Assembly: GCF_000143415.4 (NCBI RefSeq)
Contig: NW_003314337.1
Location: 637,234-701,233 of the forward strand
From: Selaginella moellendorffii
Taxonomy: Eukaryota > Plantae > Lycopodiophyta
Length of the DNA stretch: 64,000 bases
Direction of reading: 5' to 3'
Positions 38,413 to 50,772 of the stretch are shown here, piece by piece (position 1 is the first letter of the stretch; each line of letters starts with the position of its first letter). The notes beneath the pieces are model-generated. The model worked only from the letters and a program-made list of their open reading frames with translations. It searched no databases and was not told the DNA's origin. The translations under genes and the position numbers were made by a program.

Positions 38413-38512
38413 NNNNNNNNNNNNNNNNNNNNNNNNNNNNNNNNNNNNNNNNNNNNNNNNNNNNNNNNNNNNNNNNNNNNNNNNNNNNNNNNNNNNNNNN
38501 NNNNNNNNNNNN

Positions 38513-39223
38513 GATGATAGTACCGCTGAGAGTACCAAAAAGGAGGTGTCCACTAGCGCTTAGGCTTATAATGGCGTGTGCCCTCATGCCATTTACTTGA
38601 TCACCAAATACCTTTTTCCCTTTGCACTAGTATATCTTAATACCGGTCTGAGAAATAGAATGGCATGTGCCCTCAGGCCTTTTACTAAATCACCTTTGAA
38701 AGAAATGCAAGCCTCTATGTCGTAAAAAAAAGGTACTAGAGAAATTCCTTAATAATATGAATGTTATTTAGTTTCATGAAAATACACTAAGGGTCAAATG
38801 AGTTAAATGACTTCTCCAAACTAGCAATGCCTCTTGCTACACCTTCACAATTAGATTCGTTAGAAAAAGATAACATTGAATAATATCTAAATGTTCTCAC
38901 CATTAAGTTATATGTCTGGCTAATAGGAATGACATTCATCTTGGAAAGCTCACCACACGCTCAATGAACAAACAAATAGTGTGTGCGCGCATGCCATCGC
39001 TCTTCTTTAGCTTCAGATTCGGTTTGTTCACCTTGACAATGAGATTTATTATACAACCAGATGGACTCAGTCTGGACACAAAGTCACTGCGCTAGTCACC
39101 ATGCCCCAGATATGTCTAGCCCCTGGACAAAAAACATATAATTTCACATCATTTTCAAATACTTGAAAATTTGTACCTAGTCCCATTTTACTGAATAAAT
39201 CCCACTTTAACGAAATAGAGCAT
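38513..39223 (+). mobile_element. Right end (711 bp) of a second copy of the Sola-like DNA transposon
   Basis: Near-identical to 51612-52322, including the TIR at 39200-39221 and terminal AT. The flank differs (TTTG...). Confidence 0.92.
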
Positions 39224-42200
39224 TTTGGGCATTATCCATTACCCTCACGACACCAAACACCCCGTCTTGGTGTTCTAGAGTGCTTGAATGTCCCAATGAT
39301 GGCCTCTTTGGCAATGAGCATTTCATTTTCGACATTAACTTACTATATTGCAACATAAGCAATTTCTCCCCCATAAGGGTATATCTAGCTTCTTTATCCC
39401 AATAAGAAGTCTTAGGTTTTTACCAGTTTAACCAATTATTTTGCACATTTTGCTTATTTACCTCATAATTGTCAAGTCCTACAACTCATTACTAGTGTTT
39501 CCACACCTCCATCATTATTTGGGTCACCACACTCCAATTGCATGCCTTCCAGCTTAGGCTATACCATTCCCATTTCCATTAGGATTCCTTTGGGAAGAGG
39601 TTCTCATGCACCTACCAACTTGACCTCAAAGCAACATGCTTTGGCACATTTGGTGTTTCCACACCATTAGCTCTACAAGCCCACCTTTATGACACTTCCC
39701 ACTTGTGTCGGGGTCTTTGCCAAGACCAAAGCAGTCATTTCTCATGCCAACTATCAGTTAGCATTACACTATAGTGTTTACACACAACTCTATACCAAAG
39801 TTGCTTTCTTTTTGGGGAACACCTTTCCCACGACATTAATATGGCACATTCTGCCATTAATGAGATACTCACTCTTCTCATACTTGGATCTTAAGATCCT
39901 TTCCATCCTTCGTGGGGAACAATACACCTCAATCCAAATGCTTTTTCCAATCCCTTAGGACAATTTTTTGACTCTTCTTGAGTCATTTAGCATCTTTGGG
40001 CTTGGGTCCCATAAGGTCCTATTTTTGAGGTGCCAACTCGCTAAAATACAATTTCATGTATTCATGTCCTACTCACAAGGACTATTTTTGCAAGTGTTAC
40101 TTTAACACTTGATTTTGTTCTTTGGGGGCACCCTTTTATCCCTTTGGACAACTTGTTCATGTGATGAGAATACCAACTCATCCTCTAAGTACACCCCCAA
40201 CTCCTTGGGTTGTTCCAGCATTTATTAAAGGTAGCCCGACTACCATTTTAATTGACCTCCCTCGGTCATCAATTCCAATTTCAAATTTATAAGCACCAGC
40301 CTCCACTATATGAGGGTAATCTTGTGACTCCTTTATTGTTTTAGAGTTTGCATCTTTCCTGTGATCCCAACTATAGTAATTTACCACAACTCAATTGGCC
40401 TGTTTGCTGCGTCAAACGCTCATTTGGATCACATCCTCAATTCTCTGAGGAAACCCTTATACTGTTCCCAAGATCCCAAAGTCGTTCCCTTACTGGCCCT
40501 TTTCCATCCACCACATTGCACACAAGTTCACGCATGAACTCGAGTGGAAAGCCGTGTCCTCTCGACATGCTACTCCTCGAGGATAGGTCCATACCTAGGA
40601 CCTTCCAATTCCAATACAAGTGGTGATGTACTTGGCCACCAATAAGAGTCGGACTAAGGAATAGCTCCGATACTAAATTGTAAGCGACTAAATTTTCCAT
40701 TCTACTTTAGTCACTTAACCACACCTCCGACCACTTGGAGGAGTCTCATTCACAACCTCTATAAGTCCCATTCAGGACTTGGGGCTTGCTAGCCCCAAAA
40801 ATGGCATCCATGCCACTCAACCTTTGCACTTGGTCCAAGTGCTCCACGTGTCAGATCCCATGATCAACACCCCAAGGTACCAACAACATACCAGGCCGTT
40901 ACACTAAGCCATGCCCATTCATCTTGGTCACATCGGTGGTCCAACACCACCTGTATTGCAATCCCGTCTCTCCAAGACTGGGCCATCCATCCATGAGTGG
41001 TCATCCCAGATCCACTCCTTAGCATCCTTAGGATGCCTGCAGACATGGGGAATAGCCTTCCCCAATATCTCCTTTTTGGTCCCCACCAAGTCCCTTTCTG
41101 TCCATGGCCGTGTTCGCCAACACTGCCACTAGATCAAGGCCCACAAACTTGACCACTAAGTCCCACTATCCTCTAGGCCTTCCTCACTGTGTGACTGTGT
41201 CCTTGGTCACCACACCAAAGGGCTACTCCTCTTCCTTTCCACAGTCTGGGACTTTGGGACAACATTTCGAAACACTGTAACCCTACGCGAGCTTCATAGG
41301 TACTCTCCCCGCCTTCTACCTTTGGGTGCTCTAGCCATGGGCTTAGAGCGAGGTTCTGTTGAGCCACATCAGGTATCCAAGTAGGTAGTGCCACCCACAC
41401 TTGAACTAGGAGCATCGACCAATCGATCTCCCAGGGGAATTAAAGCCGGCTCTTGAACACTTCACCAAGCTACCCCACTTGTCGATCCATGTTCACTTTA
41501 GTCTTGGACTTCCCAGTGGGCAGCTCATCACCCAACACTGGGTACAGCCTTCCTGGGCCAAACTGGCCTTTCCTGGTTAAACTGGCTCCACTGTAGTCCT
41601 CCCCCTACTATACTTTTGGAGCTCACCAAACCCCCTAGGGTCGGGGAGACGAAGGCTTTGGGCTGTCACCCTCTCAGACTCAAACTCAAACTTAGACTTG
41701 AACTCGGACTCGGACTCGAACTCGGGCTTGGTCTCAGCCTCGGCCTCACCCTCAGTCTCGGTCTCGGTCTCGGTCTTGGTCTTGGTCCCGATCTCGGTCC
41801 CAGTCTCGGTCTTGGTCCCGGTCTCGGTCTCGACCTCGGACTCCATCTCGGGTCCTTCTGGGACTACATCTCGGATTCCATCTTGGACTCCATCTCAGTC
41901 TATCTCGAACTCCATCTCGGACTCCATCTTGGACTCCACCTCGGGTCCATCTCGGGTCCATCTCGGACTCCATCTCAGGTCCATCTCGGGTCCATCTTAG
42001 ACTCCATCTCGGGTCCATCTCAGACTCCATCTCAAACTCCATCTCAGACTCCATCTCAGACTCCATCTCATGTCCATCTTGGGTCTATCTCGAACTCCAT
42101 CTCGGGTCCATCTCAGACTCCATCTCGAACTCCATCTCGGACTCCATCTCAGGTCCATCTCGGATCCATCTCAGGTCCATCTCGGATCCATCTCAGACTC

Positions 42201-42567
42201 CATCTCAGGTCCATCTCAGACTCCATCTTAGGTCCGTCTCAGACTCAATCTTGGGTCCATCTCGGACTCCATCTCAGACTCCATCTCGGGTCCATCTTGG
42301 ACTCCATCTCGGGTCCATCTTGGGTCCATCTCGAACTCCTCCATGTGTCATGTGTTGGTCCTTTTGGGTCCCTTTTTGGAGCCTCGCTTATTGCTCGCTT
42401 TGTGCTCGTTCCTCGAGCATTTTGTTGGGAGTTCCACTCCCGCTCTCGACCTTTCAAGTTGGAGCTTTTAGCCCAAACATGTTACACTCGTTTGGCTTTT
42501 GCTTTGACCACTACCATGTGGTGCCCTTTCGGCTCCTCTTTGGGGCATAGGGATCTTGTGTCTCACA
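39224..42567 (-). mobile_element. Gypsy 5' LTR (40679-42567) with PBS and decayed gag/protease region
   Basis: LTR TGTAAG...TCTCACA. Minus-strand PBS-like ATTTAGTATCGGAGC at 40664-40678. Long tandem array of CTCCATCTCGG(A/G)-type 12-mers and 6-mers at ~41675-42335. Confidence 0.8.
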
Positions 42568-44414
42568 CCTTCATCTCCAAAAAATGGCATAATAAAAAAC
42601 ACTTGGAGTCATTGGTTACAACGATTTTAGTGAGAAGATGCTGGCTGTGTGACACCTTAGACAGTGGCTGAAGAGAATTGAATTCAGTTGCATCTTGTGA
42701 AAGATGGACCTGATCTGGAGTTACTTTAACATCAAGCTCTATGAGAGAGATTTGGTCCCAAGTGAAACAATTCAAGAAGCCCATCCTCAATTAGGAAACA
42801 CTCCAAAAAGTTAGATATGGAAGCTGGCACAATATAAGCCCCACCATCAAATAAAGAGGGTGTGGTTAGAGGCTCAACCTTACTCTCAAATAAAGAGAGT
42901 GAGGCTGAGAGTTGTCCAGAGCTGTCTAACTCACCTCCAACAATGTCAATCACATTGCATGAGAAAGCATTTGTTGCATATATAGGCAACTCCACTGCTA
43001 ACTCGGGGAAAATCTCTGTGAGCTCAAGAGGAAAGTGTGGTGTGGAGACCATCTTAGCCTGAACCTTCTAGGTGTGCTGAGAAAGAGCTTTGCCATGGTT
43101 GTTGAGAAAGGTGGCACTATGGATTCCATCGCTAATTTCCATCCTGCCTTCTACACTGTCGATGGGGGCTGCGACTTGCCACAAGTGACCAAAGATGATA
43201 GAGTCATTCAAAGAGGAAGTTCCAAGACATTAGTAGTCAGCCACAAGGAAATCTATCTCAAAAATAACACCTTGCACCAAGACCTTGACACCACAGTAAA
43301 TGCCTGCTAGAGGAATAGTGTGATTGGCAAAGGTTTTGAGCACGATGGAAGAGCTCTTGGTGATCTATACCTGTGCTAAGAGGGCAGCTTTAAAAGAGAG
43401 AATATTGCTCCCAAAACTGAAGTCAACCAAAGCATCCATCTTGCAAGAGGAAATACCAATTTGAGCCAGGACGAAGAATGGACTAGGATATCCACCATAT
43501 CTTGTCATGTCACTGATGTGCACCTCTTGAAGAGTCCTGTTGAGAGTGCTCTGTGGTGTTCCTAACCATGCAAACTCCTCCAAATGCTAGCTAAATCTAA
43601 GGATAAGGCATAACATGTCCTAAAGTGAAAAGGTGACAGGAGTGTTAATTAGCTTCTGAAGAATCGGCTCCGAAACATGAATAGCTTTTGGTGAGATCTC
43701 AGGAGGAGAGGAGAGTAGTGACTTGAAGAGGAGCTTACAAGCCACCCTCTATATTACAGGATTTGGTGCTAACAGAGATTCACTCTCAACTGATGCCGAG
43801 AGATCCATGACAAGCTGAGTGGTTGCCTTCTTCTTTGCTTGGGCTTGAGTGGCTATGGTTTACTACTGCTGTCTATAGAGTTCCTCAGCCACCAAAATTG
43901 TGTTGACCAATGAGGCTAGTACTTTGCCGTTGCTTGACAAAGGAGCTACCTCGATCGCTTGTTGTTCCAACTGTTAGACCACAAGATGGTGTAAGCTCTA
44001 TTTCGTTAAAGTGGGAATTGTCATTATCCCACTTGTAAAATAAGGTTTCCAAACCTTTATATAGTATATAAATATAACAAAATTCAACTGCATTGAGGCA
44101 CATGCCATTTTATTTTAAACAAGGAAATGTCTACTCAATCACTTCTCCTCCCCCTGCCACTGCTTCACCTCTCTCTTCTCCTTGTCATCGTCGTCCAATT
44201 TCTTTCCATCCTTTTAATATTGGCTCAATTGCTCCGAGTCTAGGTGGAGCCCAAGTCCCCATTCAATCTTTACTTTCCCCTTATTAATAAAACAACTTCG
44301 TAGACTTCCAATAACATGCTGTAACACTTCTAGTATAATGCAAATCCTCTCAAAGAATTGTCTTTTAATATTAATACAATGGCATGGAACCCCATGCCAT
44401 AATAAGTCACTTTT

Positions 44415-47400
44415 TTAAATAAATACATGCCATCTCAGACTGTTATTTTTTTGCCTCCAACGCCTATACAATAATCTTGGAATTTCATCACTCTCCACAC
44501 TATCAGGATTTAAACCCAATAGTAATGCCATCTCTTCTCTAATACGTCCACGCTCATGTTCAGTGGTCGAAGAACCCATCCGGTTGAGCAGATTATGGAG
44601 ATGCGGATAGTGCTTGGCTAGACAATATACATGCCATAAATGATGACTGGTGTCTGTCCGATCAAATGGCTTCTGATATACCGTTCCATCTGCCATTTGG
44701 TTGATTTCTGCAGCCACCTCCTGGACTGGCCGGTTCTCTATCACCATCGCTTCAAGCCGTTTTGCAAGGTCCCCCAGAACATACGGTTTCTTCTCCCTAG
44801 TTTCCATACTGCAAGAGATGGGGTGCACTGCATATGTGTGCGTGTTCGCTGCAGTTTTAATCGGCGAGTCATCGATGATGAGGATTTCACTTGACCTAGC
44901 AGTCCAGTTCATCACTACAGCCTCTGGCTTGACGAAGATGGGCTTGCTACCCCTCACATGGACCATAGTCAAGCAATCCTCCTGCGTTAGGAGAAAGTCA
45001 AATGGTAATATTACTCGCGTCTGATCGTGCATCATCTGTAGCAACGTTAATGCATTGTGGCGCATCATGGATGTCCAAACTCCCAATTGCAAATTGAACC
45101 CGGCCCTCTGTTTTAAGTGTCGCATGGTCATTATTAGATCCCGCAGTTTCTCCCGTGTGATTAATGTGAATCTGTCTCTTTTGACCAACTTGCGACCGCA
45201 GGCTTTGGAGGGTGCAGTGACATTCGAGGACGAGCCACGCTCATGGGAGAAAAGGACACCGTTCAGATCAAAAACGATACAGTACTTTCGCCGTGACTCT
45301 GAAATGAAATGCATCAGCATAAAAAATGGTACAAGTCAATTTTACCATCTACAATATTAGCGAATGGTGCTCCCGATGGTCGTTCAGAGGGTTTTGGTCG
45401 AGGAAACATGAAGGGCGGAAATACTCTCCTCTGCAATGTGGGGTCAATCGCATCCGATGGCGTGTGGGCACATGCCATTTCAGCTGTAGACTCTGGTACA
45501 ACTGGCTCAACAGTGGCATGGGGTGGTTCCGATGGCGTGTGATCACACGCCATTTCAGCTGGTGCCTCCGTTGGCAAAGTGGACATGACCGAACAGGCAG
45601 CAGGGGCGGTGTAGGGAGGTTCCAACGGCGCGTAGTCAGATGATTGGGCACACGTTGAGTCCGTTGGAAATGAGGATACGACCGGCTCGGCGGCTGGGGC
45701 GGCCTCATGCGGGTCCAATGGCGCCTGGTCACCGTCAATTGGATACGTGGACAAGATTGACTCAGTGGTGTGGGCAGCATCAAGTGGAGCGTGGTCAGCT
45801 TGCTTGGCGTTGATATGGATAGTAGCCTCCACCAGCTCTGATGACTCTTGCAGGCAAGTAGAGTCCACTGGCGGATCCATATGCATGTCCAAATATCTCC
45901 CTTCGATTGAGATGGTATCCTCCCTACTGGCTACTAAAAACAAACTCATTAGCACATTGAATCGACTATACTGTATTTACCATCAACTGCTATTGAGGAA
46001 CTAGGACTGATATCACTTGGGCGCACTGCTGATTCTGAAGGATTGGACATACGTTTCGACCCTTGCATGGCACTATCCTTCCTCGACACTAAAGGCTAGA
46101 GTTTGTATCTTAATTCAACTGAATAATCTCTACTTACCATTTCTTCTGCGACCTACATGGACAATGTTAGAAATGGTAAAAGGTTAGGAATGGATGTACT
46201 ATTATTTACCTGATGGTTTGTCTTGTATGACCTTCCTCCGCTGCTCTTTGGCCACCTCAGGCTGGCCATCGTCGTCATCATCGTCATCGTCGTTATTGTG
46301 ATCGTCACCATTGTGAGGACCATCCAAGTCCTCTTCGTCCTCCTCTTCTTCGTCCTCCTCTTCTTCGTCCTCCTCTTCTTTGTCCTCCTCTTCGTCCTTC
46401 TGCTCTTCCTGCTCATTATCTTTCTCTGGCTCCTCATCCCCCTCCTGCATTTCTTCCATAGGCTGCTCAGGCTGGATGGCTTGTTTTTCTAGGACCATCT
46501 TGGGAAAATCATCTGGCCGAGTCTCCATCTCAAAATACAAGACATCCATAGCCTGTTTTAGTGCTTGACCTAGGACCGTATCCTCACGCGACTGTCTTAA
46601 CATGGTTTCTGCACGTTCTTGCACCCTTCGAAGACGACGAGATGAGAAAAACGTGGCCCTGACTTGAAAAGCATCCCTCATCCATTGTACCTCTCCATTG
46701 AGATTGGGGAAGGGGAGTCCGCCATAGGAATCTGAGTCAGAAGGTGGTGACTGGCTCCTTTCACTCAGCCCTTGATCTGCAATGAATGGCATGAGCACAC
46801 ATGCCATAACTGCGAGGCATTACCTATCATCTTTTCGTTGCCCTTCTTCCTTTTCGATTCAAACGCCTCTGATCCCGACGACTGTCCAACGTGCTTTCGC
46901 TTTTTATGACCATTGTCAGTTTGAGCTTGGCTGGTGCTTGCCTGTTTTGCCTTTGAAGAAGTGTCTCCTGCAAGGAATGGCATGAGACCACACGCCATTG
47001 CAAATATAATTTGTACCTCCTTTTTTCCTATTGCTTGTCTGTTTGTCCTTCTTCGACGCGCCACCAGTGTGCTTTTCAGTCCTCGTGTCTGAATATTCAC
47101 AACGATCTATAATGAAAATGGCGTGAGGCCTCACGTGACCTTACCTTGTGCAGGTTGTGAGCTCGGCCTAACATCAGTAGCTGTTAACGCCGTTTCAGCA
47201 TCTGGGGGTGGCCACGCTCCTGCATACAGAGCTTGTGAGATAACATTTAAACTTAAAGTGCGTACTCACCAGGTTCGTAGAGAAGATACTGTTTTTCTTT
47301 GGCAACTGTAATTATATGCTCCATTGAAGTCACCTCTTCAATGGAGTTTGTCACCGCAACACACGGGACACCCTTGAGTAGTGCGGCTCGAAAGAATAGT

Positions 47401-48910
47401 CCGCCGCAGTTGTACTTGACAACGCATTTGCCCTTGGAGTCCCCCGCTATTGCGTTGAAGACCCAGCTGAGCATTTCCCATGTTGCACCTGGAGCTTTCT
47501 TTGGATTCGAAAGCTCCATAGCCGTCTTCAGTTCCTCAGGCACGGGTAAATTGACCTCCCTCAGATCAATTCGATCGGCCTTGTTGAACGAAGCTGGGAA
47601 GTCACTCCAGTCCCACTCTGCTGCAGGACCAATAACAAGGGCGAGTGTGAAGATGCGGACATTCGTCGGTATCTTCTTCTTAGCCATTATCCCATGGATC
47701 TCCCGCATCTCCTTGCCTTTCAACCAAGCCTTCACCTCGTTCAAGGCCTTCCAAAACTTGTGATAGGATTCGGAGTCGTAGATCATATAGTGGACTGAAG
47801 ATTCCACCTCCGCAAGTCCCACCATTAAGTCAATGATGGAGCTGACTTCGTCTGCATGAGTGATCTCCTCGTTTGTGAAGTCCATCACACAAAAGATGTT
47901 CTTGACCTGCTCATCTTCGCGGGAAACGATGCTCCTCCACCTTTGATCCTCATCCGAATTCACGTATACCCGGTAAGGTTCTCGATAGGCCTCTGCTGCG
48001 GGGTCGAGCTGTTTCTGAAGCCGGCGGTCGACATCCCTCTTAATGAAATTTGGATACTGATCCAACTTCTCAGCTTTACTTTTCGTGGCATCCCGCAGCA
48101 GATCGATGAACTTGGGGGCCCCCTTCACGTAGTCGTCGATGTCTTCATTTGACAACTCCAGCTCTTCCATCATCTCTTGCGTGGTGTCGATGCTCACCCT
48201 CTCCACAGCCACTTGCTCGAAGATCCAATCCTTCAATAGCGCATGAGCTCTCAGAGTCGTGCACAAGTCCTCGTATGTCACAATATGGCCGGGAGTCATT
48301 TTGGTCTTGTTGAAGACTACCTCACCACGTAGAAGAGCATTAGCCACTGTCAGAAGGTCGTCGTCGTCTAGAGACCGCGAGAAACGCAAGGCGTTGAGCT
48401 TCAAATCATTGGGCTTCCGGCCGTCCTCCACACCCATTGAGTTTAGCAACTCCCCGTCATGGTACCTCCTCAGCACATCTACCCATTTGTCAAAAACAAC
48501 TTTTGTCGCGAGTAAAATGTTATGGATGCTGAGTGTGTCATTGACCCCCAGTGTTTTCGAGAGAAGACTCGAGAATTCCTGCAATGGAAATGGTGTGAGG
48601 CCAAATGCTATGCCACATGCAACGAGGCTTACCTGCCAGGCGCTAGTTGCTAGTGCACGTCCTTGTCCTGGTTTTTGTGGCTTCTTCAGTTGAACCCAGA
48701 GCTTCCGTGTTCGTGCCAATGTCTCGTGCAGACCCGATTTGTAGCACGTTTCTTGCTTGACATTCTGTGCGTGGGAGATATATATGATAGATCGGAGGGG
48801 CGAGTTGCCTTTTATCAGGCGGACAACTCTTGTCTTGAAGACTTTCTTCACCTCCTCGCCCACCATAATATCCACAACTATCTGTTGCATCGCCAAGCTA
48901 GAATGGCTTT
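44415..48910 (-). CDS. 5'-truncated 9-exon cargo gene (>1,350 aa): ParB-like remnant, helical region, degenerate DNA methyltransferase fold, acidic/low-complexity linker, FCP1/NIF-like HAD domain
   Basis: Exons ~48910-47270, 47219-47145, 47088-47017, 46967-46824, 46776-46210, 46152-46138, 46088-45981, 45933-45346, 45298-44415. All eight introns are GT-AG, 47-57 nt and phase 1, and the frame stays open. HAD motifs IVFDLNGVL, LGVWTS, ILIIDDSPIK. Confidence 0.8.
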
Positions 48911-50772
48911 GTCGAAGAATTCTTGCAGCGCTCAAGAGCGAGAGACGTTGGTTAGAAGGCGGCTCGACCACAACATCGAGCAGAGAAGCTGCAGGACTGC
49001 ATATTATCATAACAGGATTCTCTCCATGGAGAGACCTGACTCTTACCTCTGCATCATCCACGACAAAATGGACCAGAAAAAGACGTGCTTACCTCGACTC
49101 AATCCTGCCCCCAAGGCAATCTCTTCATCCATGCAACTGCCTGTGTCTCTGTTTGGCATAATCGCTCATGGGCATGGTGCCCAGAACTATGGGAACTTCT
49201 TTGTACCTCTATGGGGTGGCGGGGGTGCAAACATGACGATTGCGTCCCTAGCAAAACACTTAAGGTCTCTGCAAAGTGCGCAGACTGAGCTGAACGACCA
49301 ACCCTTGCATAAGGCCCTTGTCGATCGAACCCCATACAGGGTTCAGCTGGAGGAGGAGCAAAGGCTTGCAGTATCGCGTGGGGCCCCATGCCATCCCAGT
49401 GAATATGTTGGCCGTCAGATTGTAGGGTTATCACGTGAGGCCTCATGCCATTCCGACGAGGCTGGTCGCCCGGTGAATGCACAGCCTCATCCAAATGAAG
49501 CAGAATCTCAAGGAAGTTCTTGCGGCCAATGTGGCCTTCCACCCCATCTTCTGCTCCAAACAGACAATGCTGGCAGTGAGAACAAAAACATGTACGTCTT
49601 CGCGTACTTGGCGATGCTTGTTGCCAAAGGCATATTTGAAACGGTTACACTTGGCTTTCTCATGGTTGGGCACACTCATGAAGACGTCGATGCCATGTTC
49701 AGTCACTTGGCAGAGTCCCTCCGGCGATCCAATGTCCTCACCCTCCCACAACTCTACGATGAATTCCAAAATTGCATCAAAGGCACTGTTGAAGCTGCAC
49801 TTCTGACAGAGGTTCCAGACTTTAAGGGGTTTGTAAGAGGCTACATCAGGGACGGATCCAAAACGCTGATTGGCCACTCCAAGCCTCTTCAGTTTCATTT
49901 CAGCATGTGTGACGGTGCTCCAGTGATGAGGTACAAGATGAGAGAATGGGACACAGTGTGGCTGCCAGTGGACGGCATTGAACTCTTCAAGAGAGATCCC
50001 ATAACTGGGGAACCTATGATTCCTCAGGGTTCCCCACGGCCGATGCACCCAGATGGACTCAAAGACCAGGAAAGTATAGTGGCCGGGATTAGACAGCATA
50101 TTGCCTTCTGGAAGAGGGGGTTGGTGTTTGGTGGAGAATCCTATTTTCAGAGGTGCAAACCTTTGCTCGAATACTGGGAGAAGATTATATCTGCTATCCA
50201 AAATGGGCCAGTTGTATATGAAGAATTGGAAGAGTCCTTTTGGCCAGAACCCAGAGCACCAGATAGTAGCGGAACAATGTCCTCTGGAAATGCAGTGACA
50301 AATAACGATGTTGAGGATCACTATTGTGGGCTGAGGAACAAGAAGCCGGATTCAGCATTCAATCCAGTACAGGTCTGCAAAGGAATGGTCGTGCTTGTCA
50401 GACCCAGTAATAAAAAACAAATGATATGGGTGGGGCGCTGCATCACTGATGCAGAGGAGGACGCGGAAACTAACTCCTTCAATGTAACTGTGGAGTGGTT
50501 CAAGCCAAGTTCCGGATATACGAAGGATTGCCTAGAAAAGAGATGGGTGCTGAATCCAAGGGATCCCAGCATGAGCATATCGGTGGATAATGTTGTGCAT
50601 GGTTGGATGCGGAAGCAGAGTGCCACCATCACCTTGCCAGACCATGCAAGAGATGCAGAAAGAGCATTCATAACCCGGGTTCAAGGTGAGATTCATGAAT
50701 ATTCCTTTACTAAGTTTCTAATGTATTTTATTTCAAGGTGAACAATCCGAATCTGAATCAGAGGAGGCATGA
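48905..50772 (+). CDS. Sola-like/DUF7869 DDD-type transposase, N-terminally truncated, with C-terminal Tudor/SH3-like domain
   Basis: H..EQR..R..Y, IIHDKMDQKK..LP, LLLQTDNAGSENKN, FLMVGHTHEDVDAMFS. C-terminal VCKGMVVLVRP....IWVGRC....VTVEWFKP. Last intron 50686-50737, final exon ends at TGA 50772. Confidence 0.85.

Noticed and set aside
35524-38600. Long ORFs containing X runs
   Set aside because: Artefacts of N gaps; the 35524 ORF start is a deletion-junction chimera.
41616-42671. 351-aa ORF and similar ORFs at 1426-1983
   Set aside because: These are translations of stop-poor tandem repeats inside LTRs.
45299-45345. U-UUU-UUA slippery heptamer that would join ORF 45314-45955 to the HAD ORF by -1 frameshifting
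   Set aside because: It lies inside a 47-nt GT-AG intron whose removal joins the two frames exactly, like the other seven introns.
48663-48905. Genuine overlapping antisense coding of transposase and cargo gene
   Set aside because: Neither extension shows family motifs; a deletion junction explains it more simply.
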